A stretch of 64,000 nucleotides of DNA from Octopus bimaculoides (lineage: Eukaryota), in assembly GCF_001194135.2 (NCBI RefSeq), contig NC_068987.1, positions 18,401,441 through 18,465,440 of the forward strand, read 5' to 3'. Both the position numbers and the translations under genes were made by a program. The notes under the pieces were generated by a model, which did no database searches, was not told the DNA's origin, and saw only the letters and a list, made by a program, of their open reading frames with translations. How positions within the stretch are numbered: the first letter of the stretch is position 1; every line of letters begins with the position of its first letter. This document shows, piece after piece, positions 52,642 through 64,000 of the stretch.

Positions 52642-55600
52642 ATTTTTCCCTGAAAATTTTAAAACATCAAACTTTTAAATACTAACTTAACTGACAGAAA
52701 TGTTGACTGCTTTTATGTATGAAAGTTTAAAATATTGAACTTCTAATATTAACTTAAACTGGGAGGATGCTGACTGGTGAAATCAGTTTTTCGTGTATTT
52801 GGTACAAATTTGCATAAATCAAACAAATTTAAATAAAATTCTATTTGTTCCATATGCATTTTCCTTATCATTGATCCTTTTGCATGCATCAGATAGACTT
52901 TGTAAGGGTGAACTCATTTCCTCTTTCTAAATTGCAGGCATTCACCTAGACGGGTTTTCATGAAAGATGACCAACAATTAACATTGCTTGTGTGAAGTTG
53001 ACACGTCTTTACAACTATTGTATGTTTCAGTGTCACAAAGCTTTGTTAGCCTGGGGCTATAAGTGGAAGACATGGCACAGATGCTATGCACTGGGACTGA
53101 ACCACACTAGTGCCTTATAGCCAATGCTTACCTTTATATTTATCCAAGAGTTCAGATTCTAAGAAATCCAATAACTCTCATCACATTATCAGTCTGTGTA
53201 ATCACATCTAGTGTTGAAGTTGACCAACACCAATGTTTAGCTCCATTCCTTCAGTGACGAAGAGGATATAGAGAACTTTTCTGTTGCTTACACAAAATCT
53301 CACCAACTGGAATGGATGTGTAGTTGGATTTCCGGATGAACATTGCTTTGTCTCAAACATATTTACAGAACTCAAGGTTATCTCCTCACACAGTAGAAGC
53401 TTATAGAAACGTTCAATATATTTTGTAGTATATTATAGTTGCATTATGAAATTCTGTTTCTGTACATTACTTTTAGAAGTCTGCAGATAAGCCACAGACA
53501 CATGAAGACAATTTGTGATTCATCGAACAGAATTCTATCAAAGACATTAGTGCTGCAGCAAGCTGCGGTTGCCTTAAAAACTTTGTCTCTCAACCTGAGC
53601 TATGCTTTAGTAATAATTTCCAGTTGTTAAACTCAGAGTATTACTGGATGCTTGCACTATCTAGGCAACTTACGAAGCCAATGTCTTGACTGAAGATTCA
53701 TGGAAATCGTCTCCTAAAATACTGACATTATTGTGGAAGCAATCAATTAACCCTTAGTGAGTTTAGAGGTAGCACGAAAAGACCAGCAATGTAAAATAAA
53801 GCCTGCTGATATCAGTGAATAAGAAGTCCTAAGCATACAGGCCAATTGCAAGATCTTTGGACTGTGTTGTATATTTTACACATGTTAAGTACTGGGCAAC
53901 TCTATTGCAAGCACAATGGACACTACTTTACTTGCTAGCATGTTCATTATAAGCCAAAATGGGTCTGTTCCCAGACAAGGAGAGCGACCTTGGGCCTAAT
54001 AGGATCCTATTTGATGTACTCAAAAACTGAATCTGGATAAACATGCTAAGCCTGTCAAAATATCACTTGAGTACAAGCATTTTATTTTTGGAATTGCATC
54101 ATATCAGGCTGACCTGTTGTCATCCTTACCCTACACCACAATTATCTTCATGCTGATCAAATCGCTATTTTCTTTTTGGTGGTGGTGGTGTAAATATTAA
54201 AGGAGCAGTCTCCAAATTACCAGTATTTTGAATGGAAGAGATCTTTCCCGGCAAGTCATAAAATCTGTTGGTGTAAACCCAGTGGTTGAAATAGTTCAAA
54301 AAGCTGACAAAACAGTGCCTTTGTTTTGGACCGTCTCCAGACAACTAGGATTTCAACCAAAGTGCACAACATTAAGCTTAAAATAAGAGCACATGATTTG
54401 CAGGTCATCTGAAACTATACATATGCCTGCCTAGAGAAACTGCATCAAGTGTCAACAATGAATAAGTATCTGGTCCTCTGAACTACACCATTCAATGTTA
54501 CATCAGAGCTGCAGAGAGGAAAAAAAAAAAAGAAACCACATGCAGATCTGGAATTTTCTAAGTCATTTAAACAATCCAGCTTCTGGCAGATTTGCCACTT
54601 TAAGAATCTTGATTTTTGCCGAAGCTCACATAGAGAGCATGCATACTACTGCACATTTAACAAACTATACAGAAAGATACCAATGTGCTCAAACTACTGT
54701 TTAGGGTATTAGTTTGTTTGGCATAGTTTTTGTTGCAGTTTTTCTATTGAAAAACAACCTAATTTATCTTTCAATAAGATCTGATATGATGATTGGAATA
54801 ACAACTGCAATTGTTAATTTATGCATGGAGTCATTTGTTAGTTACTGGAGGAAGAAGAAGAAAAAAACCTACGTTGTTACGCAGTCTGCAAAACTTTAAA
54901 TCTGTTAATGACTGGATGTTCTGCAGTCCCAACAACCAGAAACCTTAACAGGCAAAATTTTTTACTCGAGAGTGCATGGCAGCAAACTGGTTGACAGCAG
55001 GTATTTCAACTTGCCATGTCAATTAGTGCACTCATATAGAGTAAGGTTTGCCTGTATAAACAACTTCTGACAAATGGCTGTGGAGTTGTTGATCCATCAC
55101 TTTCTGCAGTGCTGTCTTCGCTTAAAAGAATTTAAAATTAAGCAGCAGCAGGTCCACATAGGGTTGAATGCAAATAAATGTAACTTTTATCAAATCAGTT
55201 AATTCTACAAACAGCAATATTGGTATTTTGAATAATGTCATACCGTCCAATTCGCTTTTTGCTGAACTGAACATTCTGAAAATGAAGTGAAGTTTCAGCT
55301 TATTAATCCATTAATTTACCACTTTTCGATTTAACCATTGAAAATTTTTCAACAAAGTTTTACTTCCAATTCGAAAATGAAAACTTGGATAAAGTTTTCC
55401 CTTAGTTGCCAAACAAACTACTACTCATCTACATTTCTTCACAAGAAAACTTCCATGCAAAGAAAAACAACATTGAAGATTTTTTCAAATTTTATTATAA
55501 AAAAGAAAAAAAAAGATTAGCACCCATTATGGCTATCGCCCAAAAAGCCACATGTATATAAGGCCACGCCTGCTTCACTGATTTGACCCGTGGTGCAAGC

Positions 55601-56034
55601 AAGTTTCAAGTGCTTGATTCTAGCCTCCACGCGTGAAGGTGTCTTAAGTGAGTACGTTGAGAGGCGGCCAAAATGGCAATTGTGCAGCAGGATCACCCTG
55701 ATTATCAGAGCGAGAGGAACGGAAGTTAATAAAAAAAGAAAAGAAAAAGCTGTTCAAACTAGATTGCTACGATCAGTCATCAAACTGGAATGTATGGACA
55801 AAAAGTAACCCAGAACGATGTATCATAATAGTGCCACTACTATTTTTTTTTTTTCTTCGGACCAACAGTAAAAAGTTAGCAAGAATGAGGGCAAAAAGTA
55901 AACAAAAACTAGCCCAGTACCTTAAACTTTTATTTTTTCTGCGATCACGATAAGTTGTGTTTATTTACATGAATATTCGGCAATCTTTTAGCTGTTAGAA
56001 ATTTTAATCCAATTAAAAAATTAATAGTTAATAC

Positions 56035-57401
<1,367 letters not shown>

Positions 57402-58057
57402 TCAGTCGACCAATTTATATTTTATACGCATACAAATTTATTCTAAATATTTCTAGATTCAATATACCAACTTGAAGAGGCGACATGGTTTCTCCAAATA
57501 TCTGACCACACAAAACGATTTGAAATCAGAAAAATGAATTTTAAAAAAATATACGAAATAAAAACTATCACCAAAGTGGATTTAACGCTGAAAAATTTTC
57601 CGACTAAGTAATAGGAACTTATTCAGACTAATGACCTAATTTACTACATCTCACGATACGGTTTCCAGTTTGAGCAGAGCTGCTAGGTTAAATCAAATTT
57701 CTTTTATTTTTCACTTACCACACATCTCGATGATGCTAATGTATTAATACGAGAAAAAAAATCTAGACAATTATTCCACTACTATCTATCTATTAGATAC
57801 ATCCTAATTTTTTAAAAATATTAACGAATTCTCGTAACATTTTATAAACCACTATCTGTTAAAAAAAATCCCTTCCATTGAAAAATATTTCAGTTAATTA
57901 TGATTACTGAAAATAAAATACGATTAATTTATTCGAGAAATCATTTATACACGTATATATTACATAAGTTCTCAACTAAATAGCCATCATACGTTGATGC
58001 CAACTTTTAGTGATCGTCGTCATATGCCGGCATCATTAAAGATTCGTTGCTGAATAA

Positions 58058-58121
58058 CACGTGCCGTATTTGGCGATGTGGCCACGCCCATCCAGCTACC
58101 GAACGTATTTACCATATTAGG
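58058..58121. promoter_or_regulatory. Actin intronic SRF/KLF-type enhancer candidate
   Basis: CACGTG (58058-58063), CCGTATTTGG (58064-58073), GCCACGCCC (about 58081-58089) and perfect CCATATTAGG (58112-58121) in a CpG-rich patch. Confidence 0.55.
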
Positions 58122-58565
58122 AAATATATCGTACGGCGTTGTGACGTTGGCGGCTCGTTACCGGCTTCCAATGCTATTTCAAGTAGCTTAGGAATTTCAA
58201 ATAATAACTTTAACAATTATTAAAGTTCCCAACAAGCATTGTTAGATGATGACTAAGATAAATATGTATTATATACATACACATTAAATAAATTTTATTG
58301 TTAAGTCCTTTAAGTTTTGCTTTCTACAAAACTAGAAAAAGAAAATGGATGTCTTGATATCTTAAATAACCATTGACATAAAGGGAAAAAAAAAACAGCT
58401 TTTTTTTTTTTACTTATCCTTCTCCTCCTTCCTCCCTCCCACCACACCGATGACTCAGAAGCCCGGCTAACGCTGGAGTTATTAAACCATCAGGCGTTTA
58501 TTTTCTTTCTATTTCACCACCACCATCCCCCATCTCTCTCTCACAAACTATGTAGTCAACGTCAG

Positions 58566-58685
58566 CCAATCAGAAGCCAGCCATAGTAATGACCATGTAT
58601 GGTAATGCACTACCGTATAAGGTAATCCCGAAATAGCCAAAGCTAAGGTTTTCAAGGTTGCCGCCGCTTTAAGAAATATATAAAA
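58566..58685. promoter_or_regulatory. Second actin intronic module: CCAAT, two CArG-like boxes, TATA-like
   Basis: CCAAT 58566-58570, CCATGTATGG 58593-58602, CCGTATAAGG 58613-58622, TATATAAAA 58677-58685. Confidence 0.45.
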
Positions 58686-59865
58686 AAAAATAAAACTTTT
58701 CTTCATGAAAAACGAACTCAGCCGTCATTAAAAAGGAAACTAAGACATTTTAATTGCTGCAGACAATGAGAGATAAATATTGCCAAGCTGCCTTTCTCAT
58801 ATTACTGATTGATTTTAAGTTACGTATAAAGACAGTTTAACATTAAACAGAAACTTGATACTTTTCAATTTTTTTTTTTTTTTCGTAAGTAGATAAACTT
58901 GCCGTAACCCGAAACTTTGGAATCACTAAAAACTATGGCTATAGGAAGCATAGGGAAAATTTACTTTTATTTTTAAATATTGAAGTGAAATTATCAATTA
59001 AAAAGTTTTTTAAAGTCAGCTTAGAGTCGCTATTAATCAGACCCCCCACCCCGTGTGGGTGTATTTTTTTTATTATAGTTTTTGAAATGATCGAGAAACA
59101 GTTACGATTCAAAAATTTCTTTTAAAGCGTCAAATAAAAACAATATACATANNNNNNNNNNNNNNNNNNNNNNNNNNNNNNNNNNNNNNNNNNNNNNNNN
59201 NNNNNNNNNNNNNNNNNNNNNNNNNNNNNNNNNNNNNNNNNNNNNNNNNNNNNNNNNNNNNNNNNNNNNNNNNNNNNNNNNNNNNNNNNNNNNNNNNNNN
59301 NNNNNNNNNNNNNNNNNNNNNNNNNNNNNNNNNNNNNNNNNNNNNNNNNNNNNNNNNNNNNNNNNNNNNNNNNNNNNNNNNNNNNNNNNNNNNNNNNNNN
59401 NNNNNNNNNNNNNNNNNNNNNNNNNNNNNNNNNNNNNNNNNNNNNNNNNNNNNNNNNNNNNNNNNNNNNNNNNNNNNNNNNNNNNNNNNNNNNNNNNNNN
59501 NNNNNNNNNNNNNNNNNNNNNNNNNNNNNNNNNNNNNNNNNNNNNNNNNNNNNNNNNNNNNNNNNNNNNNNNNNNNNNNNNNNNNNNNNNNNNNNNNNNN
59601 NNNNNNNNNNNNNNNNNNNNNNNNNNNNNNNNNNNNNNNNNNNNNNNNNNNNNNNNNNNNNNNNNNNNNNNNNNNNNNNNNNNNNNNNNNNNNNNNNNNN
59701 NNNNNNNNNNNNNNNNNNNNNNNNNNNNNNNNNNNNNNNNNNNNNNNNNNNNNNNNNNNNNNNNNNNNNNNNNNNNNNNNNNNNNNNNNNNNNNNNNNNN
59801 NNNNNNNNNNNNNNNNNNNNNNNNNNNNNNNNNNNNNNNNNNNNNNNNNNNNNNNNNNNNNNNNN

Positions 59866-59910
<45 letters not shown>

Positions 59911-61167
59911 AGTATATATATCACTTGTGAGGAATAACTGCATTAATTTCGTTTCTTCTTTTTAAATTAGATATGGGCCAAAAGTTTCATAAAGAAAATT
60001 TCCCAGTAGAATTTTAAATGTATAATACAGTTGAGATGAGAGATTTACATGCAATATCTACACTCAAATAGTCAAGCATCAAAATTAAAATGTATGTTAA
60101 AATAATTTGGTATATTATGCTAGTAGTAACCAAAAGTATTTTTTCACAATTACAACCAACAACCTGTATCTATAAGTGTATAAATATATTCAAACAAAGG
60201 TGTATATAACAGGTGCTGTATATTTAAAAATGCCTAAGCATGTATAAGATTAGGATGACGTGTAAGGTCTAATTTAAAAATTGTTTTAAGCATTTATCTA
60301 TCAAAGTGATATATGAAGTATACAATAACCTTTTAAAATTATTTTCATAAAACCAGTTTGAAAATCTGGAGCAAGAAATCCTTAAAACTAATTTGGCTAT
60401 TTCTAAATGTGGTTTAGAAGTGGTTAATTAAATAATTTAAGCCAGTCGAGACATCGTTTTTTTTAGCTTAGTTCAACTTGGGACGTAACTTCAAAGTTGC
60501 TGGAATTTTATTTAGGACAAACGATGGCGGTTTGACAGGTGAGAAAGATTACAATTTAAAGCGGAATTAACAAGTGACAGGTGAAGAAGTAACACAATTT
60601 ACAGGTTGTTGTTGCTGTTTTAGCCCCAGGTCCGTCCTGTTCGAGCAAATCTGTGACCCAAACGCATCCCAACCATATAAACCCCTTCACTTATGTTGTA
60701 GGATATCAAGATTACAATATCTACTGAATGTATCCATCCATTTAAAATAAAATAATTTGAGGGAGATTTACCTGCTATTTCTAACTGGTCGAGGTACCAT
60801 TTGCCTTATGTTCTGGGATGCCAAGATAGATGAATGCATGTTATCTTTCTAAAAGGTCAAGAGTGTAATTTGAGGGAGATTTGTCCGCTATTTCTAGTTG
60901 GTCTAGCGACTGCATGGGACCATTACTCGATGTTCAGGGTAGCCAAGGTAAACAAAGACACGCACCCTTTAAAATAGGGGTGTCATTTGAAGGGTTACCC
61001 GTCATTTCTTTATCTTGGGACAATACATGCAGACTCCTTTCTTGTCTTCTTCTGTTGGGGCCCTTTCAAATGACAAGGTTGTGATTTGAGGAAGACTTAT
61101 CTTGTCTTGGGACCACCGTAAATACAGGATCACCACTCTCATTCCGTTGGCCGAGTTTTTACATTTA

Positions 61168-61425
<258 letters not shown>

Positions 61426-61603
61426 TTATTGAAAGTTTTTTGGTCTTTCTAAGGTTTATAAAGTTTTAGTATTTAGTTTTTTCTCCCCTGTTCTTGACAG
61501 TGCCGGCTTTTAGTTGTTTCGTTATTTTTAATTAAGTTTCACCTGACAAAAAGGTAAAAAGCTACTTCTGGACTGAGAGATGTGAATGGTGTCGAAGCTG
61601 GCG

Positions 61604-61706
61604 ACTGAATGGTAGGCTTGAGCAAGACGTGCTCCTTTTTATCTGTTCAACAAATAGTTTCCAGGAAAAATAGCAAATGAACTATCATATATATGTCCTT
61701 ATATGG
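61604..61706 (-). promoter_or_regulatory. Actin core promoter: CArG box, TATA-like element and Inr-like element
   Basis: Perfect CArG CCTTATATGG at 61697-61706. Minus-strand GATAAAAA at 61636-61643 and TCAGT at 61604-61608, about 190 nt upstream of the ATG. Confidence 0.7.
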
Positions 61707-62281
61707 AAGAAAACGAGAGCCAACAAGAGAAAGAAAGAAAGAAAGAATTGCAAGTGTGGCGATGGAGGTGATGAGTGTGACGGTGGTGGCGGTAATGAGT
61801 GGAGCAATGAAGCCACTACCTACCTATACACCTCCTTCATCTCCCTGTCCCACTCTGTGTTTTTGTTTCTTCCTCTCTTTCTTCATTGCACGCTCTCATA
61901 CACTCTCCCTCTCTTGCCATCTCTTTACACCCCTACCTCCCCTTCATGTGAGTTGTAGGAGTGTGTGTGTGTATGTACGTATGTGTGTGTAAGGTGGTTC
62001 TTTGTTGGTCGGTGTCATACTGTAGGTGCTTGTATAAGGTGAGGTGAGTCTGCGCGCGCGCGATTGTGTGTGTACGTGTAATTACGATGGTGGTGAGAGT
62101 GAGTGATGTCAGTTCGTTGTATGTGCTTAAGTATATGTCAGTATGTGTATGTTACTTTCTTTGTGTCTTGAGGTGTATGTGAGTTTCTTTCTGTGTCTTG
62201 GTGTGTATTGCTATGTGTATGTTAGTTTGTGTTTAAGTGTGTGCTTATGCATACATACATACATTCATGCATACACATATA

Positions 62282-62336
<55 letters not shown>

Positions 62337-62389
62337 ATGTATTTATAGTTGTATTGTTTTTNNNNNNNNNNATTTAGTCAGTAATGTTT

Positions 62390-62428
<39 letters not shown>

Positions 62429-63334
62429 GTAACTATAGCACTAGTTCATCAGTCGTATGTATATATATATATATTATGTATGTCAGTGGTGTGTGTGTGA
62501 CAAGAAAGACCTATTAAGTTAAGAATATAGTCATCTCACGGCCTGTCAGTAGCATTCATCTTAACCACTTAGTCAGAATCCTGTGATTTAAAATCAGAAT
62601 TAAGTATATTAATTTTATTTTCAGTTTGCAACATACACACAAGAAAAAAATTCCCCTAACTTCACCCTACAAATGCCTTCAGAACGGAGGGAAAATGCAT
62701 GAACGTTCAGACCAGACGTCTAAACCCAACCTGTACATGACATGACAACCTGCCTTTAAAACAGTTCAAAAAGTAAACCATTATAATATTATTTATGTAG
62801 AATTAACCCTAAAGATGCCGGCAAGCCGGTTTCGAGTTCCCGCTGTAAGTTATTTCACTTCACTCACAATTCGTTAGTCGTTATAACGAGAGCTTCTACG
62901 TGGTGAATTTATCTATTAGAAATAACAGCTAAATTTTTATAGTGTACCCTGATGTCTTGAAAGAGACGTTGCATCGTGTTGTTAGGGTTACATTATGAAT
63001 TTAAAAAAACGTAATGTTTTTGGCATGAGGTGTATTTGACCATTGGTTTGCTTTATTAAGGACTGACCTTCGGCTGAACAACACTTACGTGTTAATATCA
63101 ATGAATGCTTTACTCCTATTTTTTTCTCTCCAAGAAATGCATAAACGTCATTACATCTCGTTTCTGCCTTCTACTTCTTAATAAGTTCTGGGTCTCCAAC
63201 GACAATATGTTTTAGGTACATAATGCCTGAAGGTTAAATTCTGATAAATAATTTTGCTTTAAAGGATATTTTTACAATCATATGTATTTATATGCATATA
63301 TAATATGTGTGTATTGTTCATTCACCATTATTTA

Positions 63335-63365
<31 letters not shown>

Positions 63366-63751
63366 CTTTTATATATTCTCAATGTATCCTTAAATATACA
63401 CTGTTTTGTACTTAAAAGGAAGAAAGAAAGAAAACAAGTATTATTTTTTTTAAATTTAATTATAAGCTGCAGAACTAGAAAGTTCATTTATAGCAAGGCG
63501 AGTCCACAAGCCGGTTATGATTTCGGTTACTAAAAAAACAAAAGAAAGGAGCATTTAAAAAAAAAAAAATTTCAAGTCCCAAATGTTGTAAATACTCTTG
63601 GGAAATACATGAACATCACAAAATCACATTTTTATTTTACAGTTATTGTAGCAAGACTTAATCTGGGCAACGTAGTTCATTCAGAATGTATATAACATGC
63701 TCAAATCACTATATCGTATCGGGTGTGTAAACCGAGCTGACAAGCGTGCAG

Positions 63752-63782
<31 letters not shown>

Positions 63783-63958
63783 TACATACAAATATATCCC
63801 CATGCATATAAATATATTCACATATTTCCATGAGTATACACATATATGCACGTATACATACATATACATGTATATGCATGTTATATACATCTTTATACAT
63901 ACGTACATATGTACATATACGTATTATATATGTGTGTGTGTGTGTATATATAGTGTGC

Positions 63959-64000
<42 letters not shown>

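Noticed and set aside
53150-54480. Possible decayed LINE ORF between MTFR and actin
   Set aside because: No long frame or RT/endonuclease motif could be read.

Overview
AT-rich, microsatellite-rich animal genomic DNA with seven N-gaps. The SINE/MITE families and gene structures point to an octopod cephalopod (inference). Three spliced protein-coding genes were reconstructed by hand from splice sites and reading-frame phase. (1) ARMC1 on the minus strand: 8 coding exons, 27146-36569, about 274 aa. (2) An MTFR1/MTFR2-family mitochondrial fission regulator on the plus strand: 7 coding exons, 43145-52641, about 313 aa, 5' end uncertain. It lies head-to-head with ARMC1, as I recall the human ARMC1-MTFR1 pair does. 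(3) A cytoplasmic-type actin on the minus strand, 56035-61416, with the classic codon 41/42 intron, a promoter CArG box and intronic CArG clusters. No gene could be supported in 1-26 kb. The rest is tRNA-derived SINEs, LINE-type 3' ends, TA-, TTAA- and 8-bp-TSD MITEs, a solo LTR and two long fold-back elements. Strongest leads: the ARMC1-MTFR divergent pair, two retroelement copies that fold into degenerate minimal dimer-type hammerhead ribozymes, and a young Merlin-like fold-back MITE upstream of the MTFR coding exons. Nearly all supplied ORF calls other than those overlapping these exons are microsatellite, gap or repeat artefacts.
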